Part shown: piece by piece, positions 27,066-39,998 of the stretch
Layout: the number at the start of each line of letters is the position of its first letter
Numbering within the stretch: the stretch's first letter is position 1
Assembly (NCBI GenBank): GCA_963721555.1
Contig: CAVRJU010000005.1
Span: forward strand, 119,222 to 183,221
Origin: an uncultured Actinomycetota bacterium
GTDB lineage: Bacteria; Actinomycetota; Actinomycetes; Propionibacteriales; Nocardioidaceae
DNA: 64,000 bases
Reading direction: 5' to 3'
Translations under genes and position numbers: made by a program
The notes under the pieces: model-generated
The model's input: the letters and a program-made list of their open reading frames with translations, nothing else
Told to the model about the DNA's origin: nothing
Database searches by the model: none

Positions 27066-27174
27066 GTCCTCGGTGTACCCCATCTGGAGCCTGTTCAGAC
27101 CGGAGTCCACGAGCCGCTCGGACGTCGCCGGTCCGGACTGGTTGACCCGCGCGGACTTGGGTAGGTTCGCGGGC

Positions 27175-29157
27175 ATGGTTGGACGCATACCTGTCCTGGA
27201 TGTCACGCCGCAGATCGAAGGAGGTACGTATCCGGCCAAGGGCGCCGTCGGTGAGCCCTTCGAGGTCACCGCACTGGTCCTGCGCGAGGGCCACGACGCC
27301 CACAGCGCCGAGGTCGTCCTCGTCGACCCCACCGGCACGAGACGCCCTCCGCAGCGCATGACCAAGGTGCCCGCCGAGGCGGACCGGTGGCGCGCCACGG
27401 TCACTCCTGACACCGAGGGCGCGTGGGGCTTCGAGATCCACGGGTGGAGCGACCCCTACGGCACGTGGGTGCACGACGCCGAGATCAAGGTGCCGGCCGG
27501 CATCGACACCGAGCTGATGTTCCTCGAAGGTGCGCTGCTGCTCGAGCGCGCGGCCGAGGGGCGCGACGCCGACGCCGCCGCGACGCTGACGTCGGCGGCC
27601 CGGGCCCTGCGCGAGCCGGCCACTCCCGACATCGTGCGGCTCTCGGCCGGCATCTCCCCCGCCGTCCGGGCCGTCCTCGACGCCGACCCGGTCCGCGAGC
27701 TGCTGACCGTCGCAGGCCCCTTCCCGTTCTTCGCCGACCGCCAGCGCGCCCTCTACGGCTCCTGGTACGAGTTCTTCCCCCGCTCCGAGGGCGCTCGGGT
27801 CGACGAGAGCACGGGCGCGACCATCAGCGGGACCTTCCGGACCGCCGCGAAGCGCCTTCCCGCCGTGGCCGACATGGGCTTCGACATCGTCTACCTGCCG
27901 CCGATCCACCCGATCGGCCGGGTCAACCGCAAGGGGCGCAACAACACCCTGGACCCGGGACCCGACGACGTCGGCTCACCCTGGGCCATCGGCTCGAGCG
28001 AGGGCGGTCACGACGCCATCCACCCCGACCTGGGCACGTTCGAGGACTTCGACGCCTTCGTGGCCGAGGCCGACCGGCTCGGGCTCGAGATCGCGCTCGA
28101 CCTGGCCCTGCAGGCGGCGCCGGACCACCCGTGGGCGACCGAGCACCCGGAGTTCTTCACCACGCGCGCCGACGGCACGATCGCCTACGCGGAGAACCCG
28201 CCGAAGAAGTACCAGGACATCTACCCGATCAACTTCGACAACGACCCCGAGGGCATCTACGCCGAGGTGCTCCGCATCGTCCGGCTCTGGATGGGCCACG
28301 GCGTACGGGTGTTCCGCGTGGACAACCCCCACACCAAGCCGGTGGCGTTCTGGGAGCGGCTGCTCGGCGAGGTGCGGGCGACCGACCCCGACGTGATCTT
28401 CCTGTCCGAGGCCTTCACCCGGCCCTCGATGATGGGCGCGCTGGCCAAGGTCGGCTTCCACCAGAGCTACACCTACTTCACCTGGCGCACGACGCGGCAC
28501 GAGATCGAGACCTACTTCGAGGAGGTGTCGCGCGAGACCAGCCACTTCCTGCGGCCGAACTTCTTCGTCAACACCCCCGACATCCTCCACGAGTACCTCC
28601 AGTACGGCGGTCCGCCGGCGTTCAAGGTCCGTGCCGCCCTGGCCGCCCTGGGGTCGCCGTCGTGGGGCGTCTACGCCGGCTTCGACCTGTTCGAGCACGT
28701 CGCGGTCAAGCCCGGCTCGGAGGAGTACCTCGACACCGAGAAGTTCCAGATCCGCATCCGCGACTGGGACGCAGCGGCGGCGTCGGGCCGGACGCTGGCG
28801 CCGTACCTCACCCTGCTCAACCAGGTACGCCGCGACCACCCGGCGCTGCAGGAGCTGCGCAACCTGACCGTGCACAACCCCGAGGACGACGCGGTCGTCT
28901 GCTTCTCGAAGTCGACCGAGCTGCCCGACGGCAGCCGCGACACCGTGATCGCGGTGGTCAACGTCGACCCGCACAACACCCGTGAGACCACCGTCCACCT
29001 CGACATGGCCGCCCTCGGCCTCGACTGGGCCGACCGGTTCCTCGTGCACGACGAGGTGACCGGGGCCGACTGGACCTGGGGCGAGCACAACTACGTCCGC
29101 CTCGACCCCTTCGACGAGCCCGCGCACATCCTGACCGTGAGGAGCCCCACCGCCTGA
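27175..29157 (+). CDS. glgE: alpha-1,4-glucan:maltose-1-phosphate maltosyltransferase
   Basis: N-terminus [27 protein letters not shown] is typical of GlgE. GH13_3 motifs [30 protein letters not shown]. Followed by treS and mak. Confidence 0.9.
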   Translation: MVGRIPVLDVTPQIEGGTYPAKGAVGEPFEVTALVLREGHDAHSAEVVLVDPTGTRRPPQRMTKVPAEADRWRATVTPDTEGAWGFEIHGWSDPYGTWVHDAEIKVPAGIDTELMFLEGALLLERAAEGRDADAAATLTSAARALREPATPDIVRLSAGISPAVRAVLDADPVRELLTVAGPFPFFADRQRALYGSWYEFFPRSEGARVDESTGATISGTFRTAAKRLPAVADMGFDIVYLPPIHPIGRVNRKGRNNTLDPGPDDVGSPWAIGSSEGGHDAIHPDLGTFEDFDAFVAEADRLGLEIALDLALQAAPDHPWATEHPEFFTTRADGTIAYAENPPKKYQDIYPINFDNDPEGIYAEVLRIVRLWMGHGVRVFRVDNPHTKPVAFWERLLGEVRATDPDVIFLSEAFTRPSMMGALAKVGFHQSYTYFTWRTTRHEIETYFEEVSRETSHFLRPNFFVNTPDILHEYLQYGGPPAFKVRAALAALGSPSWGVYAGFDLFEHVAVKPGSEEYLDTEKFQIRIRDWDAAAASGRTLAPYLTLLNQVRRDHPALQELRNLTVHNPEDDAVVCFSKSTELPDGSRDTVIAVVNVDPHNTRETTVHLDMAALGLDWADRFLVHDEVTGADWTWGEHNYVRLDPFDEPAHILTVRSPTA

Positions 29158-30953
29158 TGACCACCACCTCCCCCACCCCGTCCGGAACCCAGACGGGCAC
29201 CGTGCCCGCCGTCTCCCCCGGGGCCACCGAGGACACCGAGTGGTTCAAGACCGCGGTCTTCTACGAGGTCCTGGTGCGCTCGTTCTCCGACAGCGACGGT
29301 GACGGCTTCGGCGACTTCAAGGGCTTGACAGAAAAGCTCGACTACCTGCACTGGCTGGGCGTCGACTGCCTGTGGGTCCCACCGTTCTTCACCTCGCCGC
29401 TGCGCGACGGTGGCTACGACGTCGCCGACTACACCGAGATCCTCCCGGAGGTCGGCACGCTCGACGACTTCCAGGAGTTCCTCGACGAGGCCCACAAGCG
29501 CGGCATCCGCGTGATCATCGACTTCGTCATGAACCACACCAGTGACGCGCACCCGTGGTTCCAGGCCTCGCGCAACGACCCCGACGGTCCGTACGGCGAC
29601 TTCTACGTCTGGTCCGACACCGACGACGACTACGCCGACGCGCGCATCATCTTCGTCGACACCGAGCCGTCGAACTGGACGTGGGACCCGGTGCGTCAGC
29701 AGTACTTCTGGCACCGGTTCTTCCACCACCAGCCCGACCTGAACTTCGACAACCCCAAGGTCCACGAGGCGATGTACGAAGCGCTCTCGTTCTGGCTCGA
29801 CATGGGCATCGACGGGTTCCGCCTCGACGCCGTCCCCTACCTCTACGAGCGACCGGGGACGAACGGCGAGAACCTGCCCGAGACGCACCAGTTCCTCAAG
29901 GAGGTGCGTGCCTACATCGACCGGAACTACCCGGGGCGCGTGCTGCTGTGCGAGGCCAACCAGTGGCCCGCCGACGTGGTGGAGTACTTCGGCGACTTCG
30001 AGAAGGGGGGCGACGAGTGCCACATGGCCTTCCACTTCCCGGTCATGCCGCGCATCTTCATGGGCGTGCGTCGCGAGTCCCGCTTCCCGATCTCCGAGAT
30101 CATGGAGCAGACGCCCGCCATCCCGGACGGCTGCCAGTGGGGCATCTTCCTGCGCAACCACGACGAGCTGACCCTCGAGATGGTCACCGACGAGGACCGC
30201 GACTACATGTGGGGCGAGTACGCCAAGGACCCCCGCATGAAGGCCAACATCGGCATCCGTCGCCGGCTCGCCCCGCTGCTGGACAACGACACGAACCAGA
30301 TGGAGCTCTTCACCGCGCTGCTGCTGTCGCTGCCGGGCTCGCCGGTGCTCTACTACGGCGACGAGATCGGGATGGGCGACAACATCTGGCTCGGTGACCG
30401 CGACGGCGTCCGCACCCCGATGCAGTGGACGGCCGACCGCAACGCCGGGTTCTCCAAGGCCACCCCGGGTCGGCTCAACCTGCCGCTGAACCAGGACCCC
30501 GTCTTCGGCTACCAGCGCGTGAACGTCGAGACCGAGCTGGAGAACTCCTCGTCGCTGCTGCACTGGACGCGCCGGATGATCCACGTCCGCAAGAACCACC
30601 CGGCCTTCGGGCTGGGCGACTTCCAGGACCTCGGGGGGTCGAACCCGAGCGTGCTGTCCTACGTGCGCGAGCACGAGGGCGACACGGTGCTGTGCATCAA
30701 CAACCTGTCGCGCTTCCCCCAGCCGGTCGAGCTCGACCTGCGCCGGTGGGAGGGCGTCGTGCCCGTCGAGCTGCTGGGCGGCACCCGCTTCCCGCAGATC
30801 GGCGAGCTGCCCTACCTGCTGACGCTGACCGGCTACGGGTTCCTGTGGTTCCGGCTCCCGCGACCGGCGCCGCTGCACGAGCCGGCCGCCGAGACCGGCA
30901 GCGGTGCGGCCGCCGACGCCGGCCTGACCCGCGGCGCCGAGGAGCCGGCATGA
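29157..30953 (+). CDS. treS: trehalose synthase (maltose alpha-D-glucosyltransferase)
   Basis: [64 protein letters not shown]. The start overlaps the glgE stop (TGATG). Confidence 0.9.
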   Translation: MTTTSPTPSGTQTGTVPAVSPGATEDTEWFKTAVFYEVLVRSFSDSDGDGFGDFKGLTEKLDYLHWLGVDCLWVPPFFTSPLRDGGYDVADYTEILPEVGTLDDFQEFLDEAHKRGIRVIIDFVMNHTSDAHPWFQASRNDPDGPYGDFYVWSDTDDDYADARIIFVDTEPSNWTWDPVRQQYFWHRFFHHQPDLNFDNPKVHEAMYEALSFWLDMGIDGFRLDAVPYLYERPGTNGENLPETHQFLKEVRAYIDRNYPGRVLLCEANQWPADVVEYFGDFEKGGDECHMAFHFPVMPRIFMGVRRESRFPISEIMEQTPAIPDGCQWGIFLRNHDELTLEMVTDEDRDYMWGEYAKDPRMKANIGIRRRLAPLLDNDTNQMELFTALLLSLPGSPVLYYGDEIGMGDNIWLGDRDGVRTPMQWTADRNAGFSKATPGRLNLPLNQDPVFGYQRVNVETELENSSSLLHWTRRMIHVRKNHPAFGLGDFQDLGGSNPSVLSYVREHEGDTVLCINNLSRFPQPVELDLRRWEGVVPVELLGGTRFPQIGELPYLLTLTGYGFLWFRLPRPAPLHEPAAETGSGAAADAGLTRGAEEPA

Positions 30954-32383
30954 CCCCGGACGCCCGCGAGCAGGTCCACCGGTTCGTCGAGCAGGCGCGC
31001 TGGTTCGGCGGCAAGGGCCGCACCTTCACGATCGGCGACTCGCGCCGGCTGGTGCTGCAGGAGGGTTCCGACAGCCGGCCGACGGTGACCGTCGAGCTGG
31101 TCGAGCTCGCCTTCGACGGTGGCGAGAGCGACACCTACCAGCTGCCGACCGTCTACTACGTAACCGAGCAGGAGCAGCTGGCCCACGCCCACATCGGGTC
31201 GTGGGAGGACGAGGAGCTGGGCGCGGTCCACGCCTACGACGCCCTGCACGACCGAGCCACCGCCCCGCTGTGGGTGCGGTCGCTGGCCGAGGGCAGCACG
31301 CGGGGCGAGGGAGCCGACGCGGTGCGGTTCGTGCGGGTCGGCGACCACGAGCTCGACGTCGATGCGCGGTCCTCGTTCTTCTCCGGCCAGCAGAGCAACT
31401 CGTCGGTGATCTTCGGCGAGGACAGCCTGCTCAAGGTCTTCCGTCGGGTCACCCCGGGCGTCAACCCCGACATCGAGATCCTCGCGGCGCTGAGCGAGGC
31501 CGGCAACGAGAACGTCGCCACGCTCTACGGCTACGTCGAGACCTCGGCGGGCACGGGCGGCTCCGCAGGTCCAGGCGGGTCCGGTGGGTCGGGTGAGGTG
31601 CTGCAGCTGGGCATCCTCCAGCAGTTCCTGCGGACCGCGAGCGACGGCTTCGACCTGGCTCTGGCCAGCCTGCGTGGCCTCTTCGGCGACGGCGGCGAGA
31701 TGACCGCCCGTCAGGCCGGGGGCGACTTCGCCTCCGAGTCGCACCGGCTGGGTCGGGCCGTGGCCCAGATGCACGTCGACCTCGCCGACGCGTTCGGGAC
31801 GGAGACGTGGGACCGCGGACGGCTCGACCGGCTGACGTCGGCCATGACGGCCCGCCTCGACGCCGCGCTGCCCGTCGTACCCGGGCTGGAGGAGCACGCC
31901 GACGCGCTGCGGGCGCTGTTCGCGCGGGTGGGCGACCACCCGCGGGAGGTCGTGGCGCAGCGGGTGCACGGTGACCTGCACCTCGGCCAGACGCTCAGGA
32001 CGGTGTCGAGCTGGAAGATCATCGACTTCGAGGGCGAGCCGGCCAAGCCGCTCGAGGAGCGGCGGCAGGCCGACTCGCCGTGGCGCGACGTGGCGGGGAT
32101 GCTGCGCTCGTTCGACTACGCCGCGGAGCTGACCCGGGCCGACCACGAGCAGGCGACGGGCGACTCGGACCACCACGACGCCGAGCGGGCCCGGGACTGG
32201 TCCTCGCGCAACGTCGAGGCGTTCCTCGCCGGCTACCGCGACGCCAGCGGTGCGTCGGTCGACCAGGTGCTGCTGACGGCGTACACCGCGGACAAGGCGG
32301 TCTACGAGGCGGTCTACGAGGCGCGCAACCGGCCGACCTGGCTGCCGATCCCGCTCTCCGCCCTGGCCCGCATCACCTCGTGA
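30950..32383 (+). CDS. mak: maltokinase (maltose 1-phosphate forming)
   Basis: [10 protein letters not shown]-terminus. Kinase core [11 protein letters not shown] and [12 protein letters not shown] overlap with treS; treS and mak are separate genes here, not fused. Confidence 0.85.
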   Translation: MTPDAREQVHRFVEQARWFGGKGRTFTIGDSRRLVLQEGSDSRPTVTVELVELAFDGGESDTYQLPTVYYVTEQEQLAHAHIGSWEDEELGAVHAYDALHDRATAPLWVRSLAEGSTRGEGADAVRFVRVGDHELDVDARSSFFSGQQSNSSVIFGEDSLLKVFRRVTPGVNPDIEILAALSEAGNENVATLYGYVETSAGTGGSAGPGGSGGSGEVLQLGILQQFLRTASDGFDLALASLRGLFGDGGEMTARQAGGDFASESHRLGRAVAQMHVDLADAFGTETWDRGRLDRLTSAMTARLDAALPVVPGLEEHADALRALFARVGDHPREVVAQRVHGDLHLGQTLRTVSSWKIIDFEGEPAKPLEERRQADSPWRDVAGMLRSFDYAAELTRADHEQATGDSDHHDAERARDWSSRNVEAFLAGYRDASGASVDQVLLTAYTADKAVYEAVYEARNRPTWLPIPLSALARITS

Positions 32384-32579
32384 GCCATCGGGGTGACGCG
32401 TCGGTCACGGTGGCTCCTCACCCCGGCCGGCTCCTGGTCACTGACTGCTGGAATGCCGGAGTGTGGGCGCCGGCTGCAGGAAACGGCAGCTGCGGCTTGG
32501 GGGCATCGACCAGAATCAGGGGGTGGAGGGCCACCTGCGTGATCGCCTGACGCTCGGCCCCTACCGCCGTCGTCGGTGG

Positions 32580-33389
32580 ATGCGGCGTCGCCTGGCGCAG
32601 CTCGACCGCGAGTACGCCGCTGCCGCGACCGGTCGGGCGTCTCGGAGGCGTCGTCCGCGCAGCGACCGGACGCTCGGGCCCCTGGCGGCCGTTGCGCTCT
32701 TCGTGGTGATCATCGGGGCCGGCGGCATGGCCATGGGGGCGTCCGACCTCGTGGGTCGGCTGCCCTGGGCCGAGGACGTGCGCGGGAACCCACCGGACGC
32801 GCCCGCCGGGCCCGGCGCCTTCGCCTTCAGCGCCACCCAGCCGGGTCGCTCGGACGAGCCGGTCGGCTACTCCCCCTGCGAGCCGCTGCGGGTGGTGCTC
32901 AACGACGACCGGGCCCCGGACGGCGTCGAGGGCCTGGTCGAGGACGCACTGACCGAGGTCGCCGCGCTGACCGGCCTGCGCATCGAGCTGGTGGGGCCCA
33001 GCGACGAGGTGCCGACGCCCGACGGCGCGCGTCCGCTCGACGCCCCGGCGCTGGTCGCCTGGACCGACCCCGAGCAGGTGCCGGCCCTCGAGGGGCGCGT
33101 GGCCGGGCTCGGCGGCAGCACAGCCGTGGAGGAGCCGCTGCGCAGCCGGGTGTGGCTGAGGACCGGCCAGGTCGCGCTCGACAGCCCGGACCTCGCCGAG
33201 ATCCTCAACCGGCCGGGCGGCAGGGAGCAGGTGCTGGCCATCATCCGTCACGAGGTCGGTCACCTCGTCGGGCTCGACCACACCCCTGACAGCACGCAGC
33301 TCATGCACAGCGAGAACGTCGGGGTCGCGGACTTCCAGAACGGCGACCGCCGTGGGCTCGCGCGGCTCGGCGACATCCGCTGCCGCTGA
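32580..33389 (+). CDS. membrane-anchored metzincin (matrixin/M10-like) zinc metalloprotease
   Basis: HEVGHLVGLDH zinc motif with a downstream Met-turn candidate (LMH). One N-terminal TM helix. Start at MRRRLAQ is uncertain. Confidence 0.7.
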   Translation: MRRRLAQLDREYAAAATGRASRRRRPRSDRTLGPLAAVALFVVIIGAGGMAMGASDLVGRLPWAEDVRGNPPDAPAGPGAFAFSATQPGRSDEPVGYSPCEPLRVVLNDDRAPDGVEGLVEDALTEVAALTGLRIELVGPSDEVPTPDGARPLDAPALVAWTDPEQVPALEGRVAGLGGSTAVEEPLRSRVWLRTGQVALDSPDLAEILNRPGGREQVLAIIRHEVGHLVGLDHTPDSTQLMHSENVGVADFQNGDRRGLARLGDIRCR

Positions 33390-33444
33390 CCGCCGCCGAA
33401 CCGCCGCTGCCGCTGACCGCCGATGCCCCGAAGGCCGGACCGGT

Positions 33445-34350
33445 TCAGACGCCCCAGAGCGCACCGACGTGGCGGGCATCGGTGCCGCAGCACCCGCCCA
33501 CCACGGCGAGCCGGGGCAGGTGGGCCCGCAGCTGGTCGACGGTTGCCGCGAGCAGGCCGAGGTCGCCCTCGTCCAGCTCCTCCATCGCGTCGAGCTCCGC
33601 GTGCGTCAGCGTCGACGCGTTCGGCCGGAGCACCGCGACCCGTTCCTGCCAGGCGCCGCCGTCGAGGCCCGGCGCCACGTGCGTCGGGTGGGCGCAGTTG
33701 ACGCCGAACCAGTCCGGCGCGGCGACGGCGTCCACCCGCGCCACGGCCTCGGCGAGCATCGTGCCGTCGGGGAGCCGACCGTCGGTCTCGACGGTGAAGG
33801 AGACCACGACCGGGAGGCCGTGGGTCCGCGCGGCGCGCACCACCCCGATCGCCTCCTCGGTCGCCGTCAGGGTCATGGCGTGCACGAGGTCCACGCCTTC
33901 GGCCGCGAAGGACCGCACCTGCGCCTCGTGGTGGCCGGCGGCCTCGTCCGGGTCGGTCCACGCGCCGGGGACGTAGCCGTCGCCCCTCGGGCCGAGGATG
34001 CCGACCACGAGCGAGCGCGCCACCCCGGCCCGCTCCTGCACCCCGCGGGCGAAGGTCACGGCGGCGCGGTTGACGCGGTCCAGCGCCTGGCCTCCGTAGC
34101 CGACCCGTCCGCCCCACTCCGGGCTCGCCCGCCAGGTGGGCGTCTCGACGAGCAGGCCGGCCCCGGCAGCACGTGCGACCGCGGCGTACTGGTCGTAGTA
34201 GTGGTCCAGCACCGCTCGCCCCGCACGGTCCTCCAGCAGCGGGAACGCCGCGAACTCGGGCAGGTCGATCCCCTGGTGGAAGATCAGGTCGGTCTCGAGC
34301 CCGCCGTCGGTGACGAAGGGGCCGTCGGCGAACAGGGTCGCAGCGCTCAT
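33445..34350 (-). CDS. homocysteine S-methyltransferase family protein
   Basis: DGGLETDL N-terminus. Zn-ligand cysteines in GVNCAHP and VVGGCCGT. About 300 aa. Start at MSAATL. Confidence 0.8.
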   Translation of the reverse strand: MSAATLFADGPFVTDGGLETDLIFHQGIDLPEFAAFPLLEDRAGRAVLDHYYDQYAAVARAAGAGLLVETPTWRASPEWGGRVGYGGQALDRVNRAAVTFARGVQERAGVARSLVVGILGPRGDGYVPGAWTDPDEAAGHHEAQVRSFAAEGVDLVHAMTLTATEEAIGVVRAARTHGLPVVVSFTVETDGRLPDGTMLAEAVARVDAVAAPDWFGVNCAHPTHVAPGLDGGAWQERVAVLRPNASTLTHAELDAMEELDEGDLGLLAATVDQLRAHLPRLAVVGGCCGTDARHVGALWGV

Positions 34351-34520
34351 GGGGCAACTCTCCTCCCCACCGGCCACGGACGGAACCTCCCAGGGTGAGC
34401 GCGGAGGGACGCCCGAGGTCGCAGCCCGGGCTGGTCGCGTTGTGCACGTGTTGCACCGCTGCCAGAGTGGGTAGGTCATCCCAAGCCCCGCACTCCCCCG
34501 AGCCCCCAGGAGCAGCCTCC

Positions 34521-36716
<2,196 letters not shown>

Positions 36717-36894
36717 GACACCGCGGGACCGGGCCGGTCCACCCCCGGAGACCTCGACCGGTCGCCGGTTAGGGTCGCAGGGTGAGCCGGGACAGCGACA
36801 CGTACGACGGGACCGACGACGGGGCGGCGAGCTCGACGGTGACGACGGTGACCGCAGCGCCCGCGGCGTTCGGCTCGAGCCGGTCGGCAACGGA

Positions 36895-37647
36895 GTGACC
36901 CGTGTCAGCTGGTCCGACGCGCTCCAGGCCCAGGGCTTCGACGCCGCCTCCGCGGCCGTGCGCGAGGAGGTCGACCGGGCGCTGGAGCAGCGCGGGCAGC
37001 GGCGCGTGGAGGCCCTCGTCGACCCCGCCGACGTCACGGCCACCCGGATCGCGACCTGGGCCGGTCTGCAGCGCGAGGGCGTCATGCGCGGCGCGGTCGA
37101 CCGTGCCGGCGAGGCGGGCGACCGGGTCGTCTTCGCCCGCCTCCACACCGACGCCCCGGTGTCGAAGTCGCGCGGCTTCCGGGCCCTGCTGAACTCGTTC
37201 CTGCCCCGCAAGCGCGCCATCGCGCAGATGCTGGTGCGCGACGAGCAGGGCCGGGTGCTGCTGTGCAACCTGACCTACAAGCAGGACTGGGACCTGCCGG
37301 GCGGCGTCGTGGAGGTCAACGAGTCACCGCGCGTCGCCGTCTCCCGCGAGGTCGAGGAGGAGCTGGCTCTCGACATCGCCGCCGGCTCGCTGCTGCTGAC
37401 CGACTGGCTGCCGCCGTGGAGCGGGTGGGACGACGCCGTCTGCCTGGTGTTCGACGGCGGTCGCCACGACGCCGACCTCGCGGACCGCATCGTGCCGCAG
37501 GCCCGCGAGATCCGTTCGGCACGCTTCTGCACCGTGGCCGAGGTGCACCAGCTCTGCGCCGACTTCACCGCCCGGCGGATCGACTCCGCCCTGGCGGCGG
37601 TCGACGGGCCCGCCCCGAGCTACAGCGAGAGCGGTCGCCCCGTGTGA
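36895..37647 (+). CDS. Nudix hydrolase with an about 100-aa N-terminal extension resembling the tail of a GNAT fold
   Basis: Nudix box GGVVEVNESPRVAVSREVEEELAL. The N-terminal region ..ATRIATWAGLQREGVMRGAVDRAGEAGDRVVFARL resembles the last strands of RimJ/RimL-type acetyltransferases. Confidence 0.7.
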   Translation: MTRVSWSDALQAQGFDAASAAVREEVDRALEQRGQRRVEALVDPADVTATRIATWAGLQREGVMRGAVDRAGEAGDRVVFARLHTDAPVSKSRGFRALLNSFLPRKRAIAQMLVRDEQGRVLLCNLTYKQDWDLPGGVVEVNESPRVAVSREVEEELALDIAAGSLLLTDWLPPWSGWDDAVCLVFDGGRHDADLADRIVPQAREIRSARFCTVAEVHQLCADFTARRIDSALAAVDGPAPSYSESGRPV

Positions 37648-37678
37648 CCCCGGGCCCGCCGGCACCGGGGCCGCGGGA

Positions 37679-38626
37679 TCAGAACAGCGCCGAGGCCAGG
37701 TCGCGGCGGCCGGCGAGCACGCGCGGGTCGTCGTTGCCCACCACGGCGAACAGCTCGAGCAGGTGGACCCGGGCAGCGGTGCGCTCCTCGCCCGCCGTAC
37801 GCCGCACCACGTCGAGCAGGCGCGCGAAGGCGTCCTTCACGTGACCGCCGAGGAGGTCGATGTCGGCGACCAGGAGCTGCGCCTCGACGTCGTCGGGCCG
37901 GTCGGCCGCGGCCTGCCGCGCCGCAGCAGGGTCGACGTCGGCGGTGCGCTGCATGAGGCGGGCACGTGAGAGGCCGACGGCGGCCTCGGTGTCGGCGGGG
38001 CTGGCGTCGAGCAGCTTCTGGTACTCCGCGATCGCGGTGTCGAGGTCACCGGCCATGAGCGCTTCCTCGGCCGGGGCGTAGCGCGGGTCGACCGCGTCCT
38101 CGGCCTCCTCCTCGGCGACGGGTCCGTCCGCGAAGGGCTGGTGGCGACCGGTGATGCCCTGCGAGGTCATCTGCTGCAGGAGCTGGCCGAAGAAGGCGCG
38201 CAGCTCCTCGAGGGCCGGCACCTCCTGGAAGAGCGGCTGCAGGCGGCCCTGGAGCACGAGGGCGACGAGCGGCACCGACGGCACCTGGAGGGCCTGGCCG
38301 ATGCTGGGCTGGGCGTCGATGTCGACGCGTCCGACCGCGACCCGGCCCTCGAGCCCGTCGGCGATGGCCGAGATGTCGTCGGCGAGCTGGACGCTGGCCG
38401 GCATGCGGCTGGGCGAGTAGACGACCAGCACGACGGGGGCGTCCATCGACGACTCCAGGAGGCCCTGGAAGCTCTGGTCGTCGACCTCCAGGGTCCAGCT
38501 CGGGCCGGTGCCGTCCGGACCACGGGCGGCACCCGGGCCTGCGGCTCCGGGGACGCCGGCGGGTCGGGCCGGAGCCTTGAGGGCGGAGAGGTCGATCGCA
38601 CCGGGACGGGAGAACGGCATGGTCAT
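37679..38626 (-). CDS. thioredoxin-fold plus TPR co-chaperone-like protein (YbbN/CnoX-like)
   Basis: Thioredoxin-like N-domain without a CxxC (PVVLVVYSPSRMPASVQL..) and a C-terminal TPR-like helical domain. Same neighbourhood as I recall for M. tuberculosis Rv1324. Confidence 0.7.
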   Translation of the reverse strand: MTMPFSRPGAIDLSALKAPARPAGVPGAAGPGAARGPDGTGPSWTLEVDDQSFQGLLESSMDAPVVLVVYSPSRMPASVQLADDISAIADGLEGRVAVGRVDIDAQPSIGQALQVPSVPLVALVLQGRLQPLFQEVPALEELRAFFGQLLQQMTSQGITGRHQPFADGPVAEEEAEDAVDPRYAPAEEALMAGDLDTAIAEYQKLLDASPADTEAAVGLSRARLMQRTADVDPAAARQAAADRPDDVEAQLLVADIDLLGGHVKDAFARLLDVVRRTAGEERTAARVHLLELFAVVGNDDPRVLAGRRDLASALF

Positions 38627-38647
38627 GGCGTCATTGTCCCAGTCGGG

Positions 38648-39760
38648 TCAGCCGCCGCGCGACCAGGGCCACGGGCGAGACCCCCGCGGGTCCCGAGGCA
38701 CCCGGTGCTCGGGGGGCACGAGGTCGGCCAGCGTCCTGATCCGCTCGCCCCGGCGCGCCGATGTCCCTGCCTCGCGGCGGACGGTCCGTGGGTCGAGGGC
38801 AGGCCCCGTGACGTGCTCGGCGACCGGCTCGTCGTGCACCGGCGAGCGGCTCCACGGCATCGAGACGTCGGAGACGCCGTCACCTCCCCGGTCGTCACCG
38901 TCGCGCGCTCCGGAGCGCCGCGCACGGTCGTCCGGGCGGCCCCCTCCGGCTCCGTCGGTCCCGCGGGGCGACCCGCCGCCGTACGCCCGGGCCTGGATCT
39001 GCTTGCTGACCCCGAGCGGGTCCCCGACGAAGTGGAACTTGTCGAGTCCCTGACGCTGCGCCGCCGACTCGAAGGTGAGGTGGCCGTAGCCCAGGACACG
39101 ACCCAGCACCGGCTGGTGGACGGTGAGGTCGACGAGGCCGCGCAGCGGCATGGCGCCCATGGTCTTGGACAGGAACGAGTTGACCTTGAAGACCCGCTTG
39201 GTGGTCACGAACAGGACGTCGGAGCGGGTCGCCTGCCACAGCCACTCGCCGCGCACCGCCGCCACCGGGGCGAGCAGCAGCAGGAGACCCGAGGGGTCCT
39301 CCACGCTGAGGAGACCGGCGGTGGCGTAGGCGTAGAGCCCCACCGCGGCCGCCAGGCAGCCCACGCGCATGGCCTGGCTGAAGACGTCGGGGTCGACAGG
39401 GAGCCGGCGCCCGCGCGCGGCGAGCGCGAACGCGACCGACAGCAGCACCGCTGCGAGCAGGATCGTGCCCTCCACGGTCCGTGGCACCCCCAGCGCACCC
39501 GCCACGAGCGACAGCACCGCCACCACCCGGTAGAGCGCGGCACGGGCGTGGGCGAACCAGTGGTGGTGGATCTCGAGGGTGGACTCCCAGGTCTCCCGGC
39601 CGTCGTCGTCACCCTCGAGCAGCTGCTCGAGCCACGGCGGGTCGGTCGAGGGCCGGAAGCGGTCACGCACCCACCGACCGGTCTGCCAGGCGCCGCTGCC
39701 GAGCGCGCGCGTACGCCGCAGCCGGCGCTGAGGGGCGCCCCGGGCGCCGGGTGACGCCAC
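38648..39760 (-). CDS. membrane protein with bacterial PH (bPH_2/YdbS-like) domain and a long disordered C-terminus
   Basis: Three to four TM helices, then FVTTKRVFKVNSFLSKTMGAMPLRGLVDLTVHQPVLGRVLGYGHLTFES. Gly/Arg/Asp-rich tail. GTG start lies 7 nt after the stop of the 55-codon ORF. Confidence 0.55.
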   Translation of the reverse strand: MASPGARGAPQRRLRRTRALGSGAWQTGRWVRDRFRPSTDPPWLEQLLEGDDDGRETWESTLEIHHHWFAHARAALYRVVAVLSLVAGALGVPRTVEGTILLAAVLLSVAFALAARGRRLPVDPDVFSQAMRVGCLAAAVGLYAYATAGLLSVEDPSGLLLLLAPVAAVRGEWLWQATRSDVLFVTTKRVFKVNSFLSKTMGAMPLRGLVDLTVHQPVLGRVLGYGHLTFESAAQRQGLDKFHFVGDPLGVSKQIQARAYGGGSPRGTDGAGGGRPDDRARRSGARDGDDRGGDGVSDVSMPWSRSPVHDEPVAEHVTGPALDPRTVRREAGTSARRGERIRTLADLVPPEHRVPRDPRGSRPWPWSRGG

Positions 39761-39767
39761 GGTCAGC

Positions 39768-39935
39768 TCACGAGAAGAGGGCGCCGAGGAAGTCGATGAG
39801 CCCGCTGAAGACCGTCTCGGTCATGCTCCACACCCAGTCCGCCCCACCGCCGGCGAAGTCGGCGAGCTCGTCGGGGGACTGCACCATCCAGAAGCCGACG
39901 AACAGCACGAGGAGCACGATGACCAGCGACTTCAT
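39768..39935 (-). CDS. small membrane protein, 55 aa (below the length cut-off of the ORF track)
   Basis: MKSLVIVLLVLFVGFWMVQSPDELADFAGGGADWVWSMTETVFSGLIDFLGALFS. 54 of 55 codons end in G/C. The overlapping listed ORF 39763..40002 is Arg-rich junk. Confidence 0.55.
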   Translation of the reverse strand: MKSLVIVLLVLFVGFWMVQSPDELADFAGGGADWVWSMTETVFSGLIDFLGALFS

Positions 39936-39998
39936 GGTCCATGGGTACCAAAATCAGGGTCCGGAGGCCCGGAGGCGCGCGGCAGCGGGCTGCGAACG

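Noticed and set aside
34351-34520. Possible SAM or B12 riboswitch upstream of the homocysteine methyltransferase. Also considered upstream of ecm, PduO and the MetE-like gene.
   Set aside because: I could not recognise conserved riboswitch cores such as a B12 box or a SAM-binding junction. Only a short dyad, gtgca-cgtgt-tgcac, is present at about 34442-34456. An Rfam scan would be needed to exclude one.
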